Assembly: GCA_965200245.1 (NCBI GenBank)
Contig: CBDATS010000004.1
Span: 1,216,001 to 1,280,000 of the forward strand
Direction: 5' to 3'
Length of the DNA stretch: 64,000 bases
Origin: a bacterium
GTDB lineage: Bacteria > UBA8248
Below the pieces are notes generated by a model. That model saw nothing but the letters and a program-made list of their open reading frames with translations, searched no databases and was not told the DNA's origin. Positions 1 through 9,394 of this stretch are shown here, piece by piece. A program made the translations under genes and the position numbers. The stretch's first letter is position 1. Each line of letters opens with the position of its first letter.

Positions 1-97
1 TAACCTGTCCAATGCCTCGCCTAGCCAATTGATAGGCGATGGAGCATCCCATCACACCGCCACCTATAATGACGGCATCCGCTGTTTCTTGCGCCAT
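1..97 (-). CDS. FAD-dependent oxidoreductase (DAO/sarcosine oxidase beta-like), N-terminus only; runs off window edge
   Basis: Manual translation from ATG at 97: MAQETADAVIIGGGVMGCSIAYQLARRGIGQV, with a Rossmann GxGxxG motif; not in ORF track. Confidence 0.8.
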   Translation of the reverse strand, partial: MAQETADAVIIGGGVMGCSIAYQLARRGIGQV

Positions 98-105
98 GGC
101 ATTCC

Positions 106-1977
106 TCAGGCATCCACCCAAACGGGACTCGACCAAGCCATTTCCCCGTTGTCCTGGAGCAGGCGAATATAATAATAATCCGACTCTCGTTCCTTCCCCT
201 TCGAATCGACCCATTCAAGAGAGACTGATTCCTGGTTCGGTTCGGTCACATGAATTTCTCTCGCATTTTTGATGATGACGATCTTCAGAACCAGGGAGCA
301 GGCTTCGGCGCAAATCTTGAGCTTTCTTTCCGTCGACACATCCAACTGAATCTCTGAACCCATCGGGGCGTCGTTCAGGAAAAACTCAAGAATAATGCGC
401 GCCCCCGTCGTGCCGTAGCAACGCCGTTCCCAAAGGGCCCTGAATATCCCTTCCCTATCGAAAGTCTTCGCCCATACGCAGGCCAGTCCGCCTTGCCAGG
501 CATTTTTCAGGCGCAATCGATTCGAAAAGCCGGGCTGAGAAGTATGCGTATCTGAACCGGCGATGATGCCCAGGCGGTATCCTTTCTCTAACGCATCCTG
601 AACGCTTTGTCCTTGATAGCGCGCCGGGTTGACCAAAGGTCTTTCACAGCCATGAGCTTCAGAGTTGCCCCAACAAGAATATATCTCCACGAGACGTTGA
701 AACCTGGGATCGTGCCAACGCCAGCGGGTGCCAATCACGGCACTCGCCGAATGATGGGGAATCGTGAGTGCTCGACCCTCGAGACTTTCGAGTCGCTTCC
801 AGAGTTTTTCCGGGTGATTGGACCCTGAACTGCGAGAATCCAGCTTCGGGATTTCCTGGCCATCCAAAAAATAGACGTTTTTGTTCCCGTCTTGCTCAAG
901 CGTGCCAAACCATTCGTAAGCGGGAAGAGACACGTACTTCCCAGCCTCGGAAAAACGATTCGCCGCCTCGACAACCTCTTTCCACTGCGCCTCATCCATT
1001 TGCATGGCCAAGGATGTGCAGGCAGCGAAATCGACTCCTGCGCAGTCTCGTGCATAGGTATGGACGTACTCCACGATTTCACGTGTCGTCGATGGTCTCG
1101 GATATTCCCCCACGCACAACCCGCTCATGCAATGCGGGTCTCCAAAAAGAAGGATGTGCTCCGGGATCTCGTCCAATACCCGGATCGGTGGCGTATGGGC
1201 GGCCGTCAAACCATCCGCCAAGACTTTCAGCCGATGAACACCCTCCATATTCAGCACCACGTCTTCGCATACAAAAATTCCGGGCGATTCCTGATGAAAA
1301 GTTCCTGTGCCCCTGTCAGGCAACACAATTTCCGGTATGGATGCCCCCTTCGTCGCTACATTGTGAAAACAGTCCCTGGCCACTGCACGGACTGTAAACG
1401 CTTGCCCCCGCAACACATGTGCCGGGGCCGTCACCGAAAGAAAAAATGGCTCCTCGGGTGCCACATCGAACCTCGGCGAATCCGGAAGAAGCTCCCAGTT
1501 CCCTTTTCCCGTCGCATCTACGGACAGGGTGAATTCCACAGGCATGGCCAGGACTTGCGCCTGCACACCGGGGATGCCGGATGGCGTCCAGCCATATTCA
1601 ATTTCAATGAAATCGTTTTCCACCAAAGAAGATTCTTGAACTGTTAAATCCAGGCTGGCCGGCAGAAAAGTAAAACCAAGCACGGGCTCAATCAGTGAGT
1701 GTCCCAAAGAAACACGCTCGTTCGAGCATCGGTACCTGCAAAATCCCGGAGCCGTCATATCTTCTAACTGAGGTTTGCTGAATCCATTCGGCGGCGTGAA
1801 GCGAAGGCCGCCACCGTGATCGATTCCACGCGGGCCGACTCGATAGATAATGCGCCATCTACCCATTTTGCCCGCCGTAATCGGGCCTTCGGGCTCTATA
1901 TTCGCTCGGCCCAGATCTTCACCATAAAAATACTCTCGCAACGCGCCTATTCCCCGGCGAGAGGCTTCCATGAACAA
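106..1977 (-). CDS. DUF3604/PHP-like putative metallohydrolase with N-terminal beta-rich domain
   Basis: 623 aa; motifs FGDPH, AYEW, IPHH, VEIYSCWG, IIAGSDTH, YGTTGARI and C-terminal AWSSPVWV typical of the family. Confidence 0.7.
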   Translation of the reverse strand: MFMEASRRGIGALREYFYGEDLGRANIEPEGPITAGKMGRWRIIYRVGPRGIDHGGGLRFTPPNGFSKPQLEDMTAPGFCRYRCSNERVSLGHSLIEPVLGFTFLPASLDLTVQESSLVENDFIEIEYGWTPSGIPGVQAQVLAMPVEFTLSVDATGKGNWELLPDSPRFDVAPEEPFFLSVTAPAHVLRGQAFTVRAVARDCFHNVATKGASIPEIVLPDRGTGTFHQESPGIFVCEDVVLNMEGVHRLKVLADGLTAAHTPPIRVLDEIPEHILLFGDPHCMSGLCVGEYPRPSTTREIVEYVHTYARDCAGVDFAACTSLAMQMDEAQWKEVVEAANRFSEAGKYVSLPAYEWFGTLEQDGNKNVYFLDGQEIPKLDSRSSGSNHPEKLWKRLESLEGRALTIPHHSASAVIGTRWRWHDPRFQRLVEIYSCWGNSEAHGCERPLVNPARYQGQSVQDALEKGYRLGIIAGSDTHTSQPGFSNRLRLKNAWQGGLACVWAKTFDREGIFRALWERRCYGTTGARIILEFFLNDAPMGSEIQLDVSTERKLKICAEACSLVLKIVIIKNAREIHVTEPNQESVSLEWVDSKGKERESDYYYIRLLQDNGEMAWSSPVWVDA

Positions 1978-2055
1978 CCTCCTGTTTCAGGCCGACCCGT
2001 GATTTGGAAACTCGACAATCACTCGAACAATATCAAAGCGAAGAAGCGGGCACTT

Positions 2056-2727
2056 CTATTCCCAGCTGAGCATCGCGGCATATCCATCCCTCGGAACATT
2101 TGCATAAATTGGCAAACCCTTGTGGCGCTTAAACTCCTGAATGGTGATCAAGTGCACATTCGATTCCCACAATATGTGACGGAACGAGCACTCGAGAGTC
2201 TGATAGTACAAATAAGGATCGCTTTCGTCTTTGCGAAAGCCGCTTTCGTGCGCAGGCAGAACGAGATTTTGAAAATAATCTATCACTCGCTCTCCATTCG
2301 CCCATTTTCTGTCAGGCGAATACCTCCTGGGCAATTCCTTTTCCCTTAATCCAGCGAGTGTTTCATTTGACAATACTTCCCGGCACAGAGCGCACGCATC
2401 ATCGAGCGCCGCCAGAACATCGGAAAATTCAGGAAACCGTACCGGGTCCAACATTCTGTCCGCTCCGCCGGTATCCACCAAGGATTTATCCCGCGGCAAA
2501 GAGTCTGGATACAAAACGGGCGGCCAAAATTCCAGGAAAAAAAGATAGGGTATCCAGGCCGTGTGGCTGATTTGTTCCTTGATGGACCAAGCTCCCCAAC
2601 TTTTCTCGGGCAACACCAGTTCATGAAATTCTTCAGGCAGTCCGCTTGTTTCGTCGTGAAACAAATCCGCCAAGTTTATATATTCCGGAAAAACATCCAG
2701 CCCCGGAGTGGATAAGTCTTCAGGCAT
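2056..2727 (-). CDS. DinB/thiol S-transferase-like superfamily protein (paralog 1)
   Basis: WSIKEQISH and RHILWESNVH (three-His pattern); similar to 4275..4958. Confidence 0.6.
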   Translation of the reverse strand: MPEDLSTPGLDVFPEYINLADLFHDETSGLPEEFHELVLPEKSWGAWSIKEQISHTAWIPYLFFLEFWPPVLYPDSLPRDKSLVDTGGADRMLDPVRFPEFSDVLAALDDACALCREVLSNETLAGLREKELPRRYSPDRKWANGERVIDYFQNLVLPAHESGFRKDESDPYLYYQTLECSFRHILWESNVHLITIQEFKRHKGLPIYANVPRDGYAAMLSWE

Positions 2728-2744
2728 ATCGTTTCCTCAAGGTA

Positions 2745-3644
2745 TCAATTTTCGTCCGGTTTCATGGGCAAGTGCTCCGCATACACTTCCGCCGCTTGCT
2801 GCGGCGTCAAGGATTTGTCTCTTTTCTCCAGAGTTTGCTCTGCCAAAGGCGTCGTCGCGAGGTGGGAATAGATGGCCACTGCTCCTTCATGAAACTTTGG
2901 GGTAACACCGGCGGCTTCGAAGGTCTGCGCAATTTGTTTCATCTCGTCGATATACCGCCATGCCACGACGGGAAGACGAGGTGCGCTTGATGCCATCTGT
3001 CTATAATAAGCTTCCTGGCTCGTTTGAAACTCGTGGCTAACCTCTTCGGCGAGACCAAGCGCCTCTGACAGGGTGATAACAGCGGTTTGAAGGGCATGTG
3101 ACCCCTTGGTAAGAGCAGCGTAGCACATCTTGATCCCCGAAGCGCGGCCAACCTCACTCCCAAGCAAACGGACCACAATTCCCTTGCCATCCAACTCCGC
3201 CAGCAATTCCGCCTGTTCACCGCTGAAGTAAAACCTCGTTTTGTTCCGGGCCTCGCTCGGTGGAGGACCCAATATTCCTCCATCAATGAAATCGGATCCG
3301 GCATCTGAAATTCTTCTGGCGATGACTTTCGCCGTTTCAGGCGACACTGCGTTGCAGTCGGCGTAAGGAGGACAACATCCGGTAGCCGACATGCATTCCG
3401 CTACTTCGTCCGCCACCTGCACGGCTGAACCCGGAGGCACTATGGACAGAACCATGTCAGAGCGTTCCAGCATCACGGCCAAATTCGGATAGTCCCTGAT
3501 CCCCCCTTTATCGGCCAAGCGCTTCGTCTGTTCGCTTCTATTCGTGAGGCAAGTCACCACCTCAATGCCATGCAAGCCCAGCATTCGCCCCACGGCGTGC
3601 CCCATATCTCCCGGGCTCAGGATAGCGACAGTTTCAAGGGCCAT
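2745..3644 (-). CDS. NAD(P)-dependent oxidoreductase, 6-phosphogluconate/3-hydroxyisobutyrate dehydrogenase-like (DUF1932 C-terminus)
   Basis: ILSPGDMG, YADCNAVSP, DGGILGPPP, ASGIKMCYAALTKG, AWRYIDEM. Confidence 0.85.
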   Translation of the reverse strand: MALETVAILSPGDMGHAVGRMLGLHGIEVVTCLTNRSEQTKRLADKGGIRDYPNLAVMLERSDMVLSIVPPGSAVQVADEVAECMSATGCCPPYADCNAVSPETAKVIARRISDAGSDFIDGGILGPPPSEARNKTRFYFSGEQAELLAELDGKGIVVRLLGSEVGRASGIKMCYAALTKGSHALQTAVITLSEALGLAEEVSHEFQTSQEAYYRQMASSAPRLPVVAWRYIDEMKQIAQTFEAAGVTPKFHEGAVAIYSHLATTPLAEQTLEKRDKSLTPQQAAEVYAEHLPMKPDEN

Positions 3645-3774
3645 GGAATACCTCCCCCTAACTCGAAATGAGAAATGTCAATTTGTACGTTCCACCTGAC
3701 AGAAACAATGCTCTTCGAAAAAAAGTCCGGCTTTCGGGACTTTGAGTGTAGATGTGCAGGCGTTTCTGCAACAA

Positions 3775-4278
3775 CTATTCTTTCCATACGCATTTCTTAT
3801 CTGATGAAGAATACGACATCACCCCCACGGGATCGCTGGCTGTCGAGTCCCTTGCCATGCGCAGGATAAAAACCAGGAAAACCACATCTTTGGCTCCGGC
3901 GCTTTCAAGCATCTCGCCACCCAGGCGGCAGACCAGCCGCGCCCTTTGTTTTCTCTTCTTGGCGCTCACCTCCGCCCACGGTAACAGAATATCAAGAGAC
4001 AACCTGCCAAGGCTCGCTTCGGATACACGAATCTTCGCACGACTGGTATGCGTGGAAGCATCCAGATATTTCTTGAGCGTGAGTCCTGTGTTTCTGGTGA
4101 TGACTGGCGGAGGTATTCCTTTCCATTTCTTCGCTTCCGCCACCAAGGATGCCTTCACGCCCGTCTCATAAAGAAACAGTGGTTGCGTAAAGAATAAAAG
4201 CAAACCCGCCAAGGCTGCAAACGAAATGAAAAGCAGCCAGAAAAGAAATTTCTGTGTTGGTCTCGGAAGTCTCATCAA
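3775..4278 (-). CDS. Hypothetical protein with N-terminal membrane anchor
   Basis: 167 aa, hydrophobic N-terminal helix; ATGA overlap with the upstream gene. Confidence 0.5.
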   Translation of the reverse strand: MMRLPRPTQKFLFWLLFISFAALAGLLLFFTQPLFLYETGVKASLVAEAKKWKGIPPPVITRNTGLTLKKYLDASTHTSRAKIRVSEASLGRLSLDILLPWAEVSAKKRKQRARLVCRLGGEMLESAGAKDVVFLVFILRMARDSTASDPVGVMSYSSSDKKCVWKE

Positions 4279-4958
4279 ATAATCGGATAGGCGGCAGCAT
4301 AACCGCCCACTGGAGCATCAGGATAGACAAATGGCAACCCCATTGCTTCACGATGAAGCCTGATGGATCGCAAGTGAATCAAATCGTCCCAAAGCACATG
4401 ACGCAAGGTTGCCAGAGGCGTCACCCGAAAACCGTGCGTGTGATTCGGGTCAATCGTAAATCCATCCGGATGACATCTCATGCAACGATTCCACAAATCA
4501 ACGGAACGCTCCTCGCTCGCGCCCACAACCGAGCTATCAGTAAAAACAAACAAGAGCGAGTTTTCTTCCAGGTCTTCCACCGTGCACTTTTCAACTTGTA
4601 ACGCCGCTGCTTCGCATGCCTCGGAAAAGCGCAGATGCAGCCACTCAATATCCGCATATCGCTCGGAGGAAAAACGGCGGTCGTCCTCCCGCGTGTTGAT
4701 GAACGTACCGAACTGGCTCATATCCACAAGCGGCCATGGCAGGCGAGTGGTGCCGTATAAAACCATGAACCACCGCGTCGTGATGTAAGCCATATGGCTA
4801 AGCTGCCTTCTTGGTGACCAGCGCGACCATTCTTCCTCGCCTGTCCTGTCCAGCTGTGCCTCGGAAAAATCAGCGAGTTCACCCAAGGCCCACGTGGGGA
4901 TTTGCCGATAGACATGGGAGATTTCACCAAGCGTGGCCGGATACGAAGATGTTCTCAT
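4275..4958 (-). CDS. DinB/thiol S-transferase-like superfamily protein (paralog 2)
   Basis: WSPRRQLSH and RHVLWDDLIH; translationally coupled to neighbours. Confidence 0.6.
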   Translation of the reverse strand: MRTSSYPATLGEISHVYRQIPTWALGELADFSEAQLDRTGEEEWSRWSPRRQLSHMAYITTRWFMVLYGTTRLPWPLVDMSQFGTFINTREDDRRFSSERYADIEWLHLRFSEACEAAALQVEKCTVEDLEENSLLFVFTDSSVVGASEERSVDLWNRCMRCHPDGFTIDPNHTHGFRVTPLATLRHVLWDDLIHLRSIRLHREAMGLPFVYPDAPVGGYAAAYPII

Positions 4959-5725
4959 GCCCGAGTGCCGCCCCCATCCAGAATCTCACAAAACCTTGCC
5001 GTGTCCTCCAGGGTCGCCAAAAGAAAATCCGGACAAGCGCACGCCAACTCGTATAGCGAATCCCCTCCTGTTGCCACAGCTATCGTCTTCGCCCTGCATG
5101 CCCGGCCCGCTTCTACGTCACGCCACGTATCGCCTATCACCCAACGGGAAACCGTTTTGTCCGGGAATTTCGTACGAATGATTTGCTCGCCTCTCAGAAA
5201 TCCCGCTTCCAGCAATTCCGTCCTGCCTCCAGAGTCAGAACCAAAACCTCCGAACGAAAAGAATCGATTCAACCCGCCGCGCGAAAGTTTGATTCTCGCA
5301 CCCTGCTCGATATTTCCCGTACCCAATCCCATGAGCACGTCATCCCGACTCATCAGGTGCGAAAGCAACTCCGGGATTCCCGGCATAAGGTGGAAGTTTT
5401 TGGAATTCATAACCGTGGCGGGGAGAATTTCCACATATTTCGCCAGAAGATCCTCCACCTCGGACTCACTCCCGCAACGTCCAAGAAGAGAGCGAAACAT
5501 CTCCTGTACTATGAGTTCATCTGTCTTGCCGTGCGGGCGAACATGACGCATCGCATTCGGTACCCCGTATATTCGCTCAAAAGCGATATCGAGAGCTCCT
5601 GCTCCCGCGCCTCCGCTCAGAAGCAAAGTGCCGTCCACATCGAAAAGTAGCAGGTGAATTGAATTCAACGGTTTCTTTCCAACACGCATTCGCGAATGCA
5701 TCCGGGTGAGATGACCTTCTTCCAT
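4955..5725 (-). CDS. HAD-superfamily hydrolase (true start probably near 5668)
   Basis: FDVDGTLL motif I, TGN, IGDTWRD motif IV. Confidence 0.85.
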   Translation of the reverse strand: MEEGHLTRMHSRMRVGKKPLNSIHLLLFDVDGTLLLSGGAGAGALDIAFERIYGVPNAMRHVRPHGKTDELIVQEMFRSLLGRCGSESEVEDLLAKYVEILPATVMNSKNFHLMPGIPELLSHLMSRDDVLMGLGTGNIEQGARIKLSRGGLNRFFSFGGFGSDSGGRTELLEAGFLRGEQIIRTKFPDKTVSRWVIGDTWRDVEAGRACRAKTIAVATGGDSLYELACACPDFLLATLEDTARFCEILDGGGTRA

Positions 5726-5781
5726 GGTATACTATGCAGTAGAATTGAACCAGCGATAGATACAGACAAAGGAGATGGGAA

Positions 5782-6486
5782 TTGCCTGACAAGAAGCTCG
5801 CCGTCGTAACGGGTAGCAACAAGGGTATTGGCCTTGGAATTTGCCGGGCACTCGCCGGGCAAGGGGTGCAAACCATCCTCACAGCGCGAGATGCTTCCAA
5901 GGGTGAAATCGCCAAAGGGCAACCGGAAAGAGAGGGACTGGAAATCATGTTCCATCCCCTGGATGTCACTTGCCGGGACAGCATCAACACTCTGGCCGGT
6001 TTTCTGGCGAAAGAATTCGGACACCTTGATATTCTGATCAACAATGCGGCCATCAGAAAAGACGTAGGTATGATGGGCCTGGATGTCCCTGTCGAAACAT
6101 TGCGCGAAATGATGGAAACCAACCTCTACGGCCCGCTCATGATGTGCCAAACCCTGGCACCTCTTCTGAAAAAAAGTTCAGGCGGCAGAATAGTGAACGT
6201 TTCAAGCGGCATGGCATCCCTGACAAACATGGGGGGAGGCTCGCCCGCATACAGAATCACCAAAACTGCCCTGAATGCGATGACGAAAGTTCTCGCGGAT
6301 GAATTCCGTGGAACCAGCGTTCTCGTAAATTGTTGCCATCCAGGATGGGTGAGAACAGACATGGGCGGCAGGAACGCCGCAAAGTCAATAGATGAAGGCG
6401 CAGATACGCCCGTTTGGCTCGCCCTGTTGCCCGACGGCGGACCTACCGGAGGGTATTTCCAGGACAGAAAACCCATGCCGTGGTAG
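5782..6486 (+). CDS. Short-chain dehydrogenase, carbonyl-reductase-like
   Basis: TGSNKGIG, NNAA, YRITK, PGWVRTDMGG. Confidence 0.9.
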   Translation: MPDKKLAVVTGSNKGIGLGICRALAGQGVQTILTARDASKGEIAKGQPEREGLEIMFHPLDVTCRDSINTLAGFLAKEFGHLDILINNAAIRKDVGMMGLDVPVETLREMMETNLYGPLMMCQTLAPLLKKSSGGRIVNVSSGMASLTNMGGGSPAYRITKTALNAMTKVLADEFRGTSVLVNCCHPGWVRTDMGGRNAAKSIDEGADTPVWLALLPDGGPTGGYFQDRKPMPW

Positions 6487-6540
6487 AAAAATGCATGATT
6501 TCACGACGATGCCCGGGAGCTGTTTTTCAGTGTTTCCACG

Positions 6541-7116
6541 TCAGAGGGAGTTCTTTGCGTAATCCCATCCCGATTGAAACGACTTCACCTCGCCGGTTGA
6601 TTCCTCATATTTAAAGCGCGGTATCTTCGCAAGATTACCGCCATAGACATGAATGCCCACCACGGGTTCAGACGATGCGCAACTTACGCGGTGCACATCG
6701 TTGTCCAACGTACAGCAGACAAAGACATCCCCAGGCCCGGCAATTCGGTGGCCTTTTGGTGTGAGCTTTACACGGGCACCGCTCTCCCGAGGTCCTTCCC
6801 GCAAAAAACTCTCCTCTTTCTCCATTCCACGGTAAATGCCTATCACTCCCCATGTACCGTGATCATGGATCGGAGTGGTCTGCCCTACGTCCCATATCCC
6901 CGCGCCTATCGAGAAACTCTCATCCGGTTCGATATGAATGCGGTTGAGCGTAAAACTCTCTTTCTTTAGCAGGAGTTGCTCCTCGCTCAACAGATTCGGC
7001 TCGTTCAAAACCGGCTCAAGGATCGCTGCTGCCCTGGCGGTTATTTCCTCTTCCGCACCGCCTTCCTTCACGATTCCACGCACCTGATTGACGATCCCGT
7101 TCATGCCCTTTGACAT
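6541..7116 (-). CDS. Thiol dioxygenase (cysteine/3-mercaptopropionate dioxygenase family cupin)
   Basis: TPIHDHGTWG, DVHRV, IHVYG. Confidence 0.8.
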   Translation of the reverse strand: MSKGMNGIVNQVRGIVKEGGAEEEITARAAAILEPVLNEPNLLSEEQLLLKKESFTLNRIHIEPDESFSIGAGIWDVGQTTPIHDHGTWGVIGIYRGMEKEESFLREGPRESGARVKLTPKGHRIAGPGDVFVCCTLDNDVHRVSCASSEPVVGIHVYGGNLAKIPRFKYEESTGEVKSFQSGWDYAKNSL

Positions 7117-7159
7117 TTCTCATCCCCCTGAATCCATTGCGCAACACCAAGCGCAACTC

Positions 7160-7717
7160 TCATCGCTTGAGTTTATGGTTCATTTCATGTGCCAAAAGCG
7201 CCAGCTTGAGCGATGCGCTGCTGGCGAATCCACCGAGCTCGCCCGAGCCCGCGATGACTCGATGTCATGGTATCACAAGAGGCACGGGGTTTCTATGCAA
7301 AGCCTGGCCAACGGCGCGTGATGCTTTCGGGTTTCCGATTTCCTTCGCGACCCACCCATAGGGGCGCGTCTCTCCGTACGGAATTTCTTCTGTCTTCCTG
7401 AGCACTTTGTCCATAAAAGGAGTGAGCGCAGAGAGGTCTGTTCTCAATTTGAAACCTTTCCGCACGCCGCTCAGATATTCTTCTATCTCCTTTGAAGCCC
7501 GGCGGCCCAAAGGTGTGGATTGGTCACTCGTACAATGGGCCACGTGCAGTTTCTCCACTCCATCCAGCATCCTTATTTCCGCAATTCCCCTGTCCGATAC
7601 GAAAACGGAGAATTCCGTACGCACCTTCTTCAGCCAATATGCAACGTGGGCATTGAGCGAGTCCGCGGTTTCATCGAACAACCCGACTTGCCTCCATCCA
7701 CTCAACCAACGCGTCAT
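7160..7717 (-). CDS. ogt: Methylated-DNA--protein-cysteine methyltransferase with predicted selenocysteine (UGA at 7265-7267)
   Basis: IPYGET, RAVGQALHRNPVPLVIP-TGA-HRVIAGSGELGGF...LKLALLAHE; the TGA sits exactly at the catalytic Cys of PCHR and the reading frame continues 34 codons with family-like sequence. Confidence 0.85.
7234..7251 (-). promoter_or_regulatory. Candidate SECIS hairpin of ogt
   Basis: CGGGCTC-GGGC-GAGCTCG, 7-bp stem with one G:U and a G-rich loop, 13 nt after the UGA. Confidence 0.6.
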
Positions 7718-7739
7718 CGCGAAAGCTCCCTGTGCGCTG

Positions 7740-8942
7740 CTAGAACGCCGTGGCCGCGCCTTTCGCATATGCTTGCCCCGTTCTGAGCCGCAGGATTTGA
7801 TTCGTACCGTCTGAATGCAAGAACGTGCTGGCATCGCGGAGGTATTTCTCCATGGGAGCATCGTGCATGATTCCTGCACCACCGAATACCTCCATGCCCA
7901 GACGCGCGCAATCAAAGGCGACTTCAGATGCGAAAACCTTACATTTCCATCCCTGGGTAAAATCATAGGGTTTTTGGTGATCCACCGCCCAGGCGGTACG
8001 CCAGATATACGTGCGGGCAATGTCCAGATTCATCGCCATATCGGCCAGCATGGTTTCTATCGCCTGGTGTTGCCCTATGGGCTTGCCACCCTGGACACGT
8101 TCACGGCTGTAAACCAATGCTTTTTCGAACGCAGCGCGTCCAACGCCCAAGACCGTAGCAGCTGCTTCCGGTTTCCCCATCGCCAGAAGATTGCCCCTGA
8201 TCTCGAACATGTTCCCTTCACCCAGAATCACGTGGTTCTCGGGAACCTCGACATCTTCATAAAAAATTTCCGAATTCATCGAAAGGCGCTGGCCTATTTT
8301 TTCATGTACCTTGCCTATCGATATGCCGGGAGTGTCCCTGGGAACCAGAAATCCGGTCAAGCTTTCTCTCAGGTTTTTATTGAGGTCGGTCCTCGCCGCC
8401 AACACGAACAGGGACGCAACGGGCCCATTGCTGATATAGCGCTTTTTTCCATTGATAATCCATTTGCCGCCTTTTTTCTCTGCATGTGAATAAAGCGCGA
8501 TGGAAGGATCGTCGTAGTATCCTTGATGGTCGGTTCCTGCCCCTTCTTCCGTCATGGAGATCGCAACCAGGAACCTTGGTTCCTCGCACAAGCGCTTTAT
8601 CCAGGAGTCTCTGAGTTCAGGCTCGACTTTTTCCAGAATATGAGACAGTTTCCAGGTTTGATCCAGATTGACCGCAAAACCCAGATCGCCCACGGCAAGT
8701 TCCTCTCCCGCCAGACAACAGGAAAGCACGTCGGCATCCATGCCACCATATTCCTCGGGGTAGGGAAGCTGCCTCAAGCCCAAAGCGCTTGCCTGTTCCG
8801 TTAGATCCCATGGCATCCGTTCTTCCCAGTCCTGTATCCGATCTCGTTCTGGAGCCACCGGAGCCAATTTTTCATAGGAAAATTTTCTGGCGATTTCCTG
8901 AATCCGCAATTGTTTTTCATTCAAAGTGAATTCCACGAACAC
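7740..8942 (-). CDS. Acyl-CoA dehydrogenase family protein (non-canonical, HSDGT in place of YEGT)
   Basis: MTEEGAGTD, NGKKRYISNG, KIGQR, RVQGGKPIGQHQ, FGGAG, EKYLRD. Confidence 0.9.
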   Translation of the reverse strand: MFVEFTLNEKQLRIQEIARKFSYEKLAPVAPERDRIQDWEERMPWDLTEQASALGLRQLPYPEEYGGMDADVLSCCLAGEELAVGDLGFAVNLDQTWKLSHILEKVEPELRDSWIKRLCEEPRFLVAISMTEEGAGTDHQGYYDDPSIALYSHAEKKGGKWIINGKKRYISNGPVASLFVLAARTDLNKNLRESLTGFLVPRDTPGISIGKVHEKIGQRLSMNSEIFYEDVEVPENHVILGEGNMFEIRGNLLAMGKPEAAATVLGVGRAAFEKALVYSRERVQGGKPIGQHQAIETMLADMAMNLDIARTYIWRTAWAVDHQKPYDFTQGWKCKVFASEVAFDCARLGMEVFGGAGIMHDAPMEKYLRDASTFLHSDGTNQILRLRTGQAYAKGAATAF

Positions 8943-9010
8943 TCCTCCCCTGAATCACCCCTTGAAAGCGAGGCGGATGATCCGGTTGTTCTCAAGGAAA
9001 CAAATGCGCA

Positions 9011-9394
9011 TCATGAAGAACCAGACAATGCGCGATTGGCCACATCCATTTCCATGACACCGGGTGGTCTGCCCTCGCCTTCGACAAAAGCAGCATCCGC
9101 CCGTGCCATTTCAAGCCGGAATACGGCCTCGTTCAAATCCGCATCCGGAGATAGCCATATGGCTCGCCTCGCAGGTATCTCCGTTTTGGCGACCTCACCC
9201 ACTTCCCGAAATACTTCGGGTACGCGTATGAATTTATCGAGGTCTGTTTTGTTCACCACACCAACCAGTCGCTTGTCATCAAAAATCGCCGCCCATGGAG
9301 CGTTTATCCTGTTCATCGCCATCCAGACTTCTCTGGTGTCTTCTCCCGCTCCAGCAATCGCTACCGCCTGCAAAAAACACTCCCGAACCTTCAT
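9011..9394 (-). CDS. CBS-domain-like protein
   Basis: MKVRE...LVGVVNKTDL...LSPDADLNEA...GVMEMD, a degenerate CBS pair. Confidence 0.55.
   Translation of the reverse strand: MKVRECFLQAVAIAGAGEDTREVWMAMNRINAPWAAIFDDKRLVGVVNKTDLDKFIRVPEVFREVGEVAKTEIPARRAIWLSPDADLNEAVFRLEMARADAAFVEGEGRPPGVMEMDVANRALSGSS

Noticed and set aside
7265-8020. 251-aa ORF as listed in the track
   Set aside because: Its N-terminal part overlaps the ACAD gene; the real gene starts at 7717 and extends through the UGA to 7160
9011-9013. Other TGA stops (e.g. CBS-like gene, thiol dioxygenase) as Sec codons
   Set aside because: Not at a conserved Cys position and no family-like continuation
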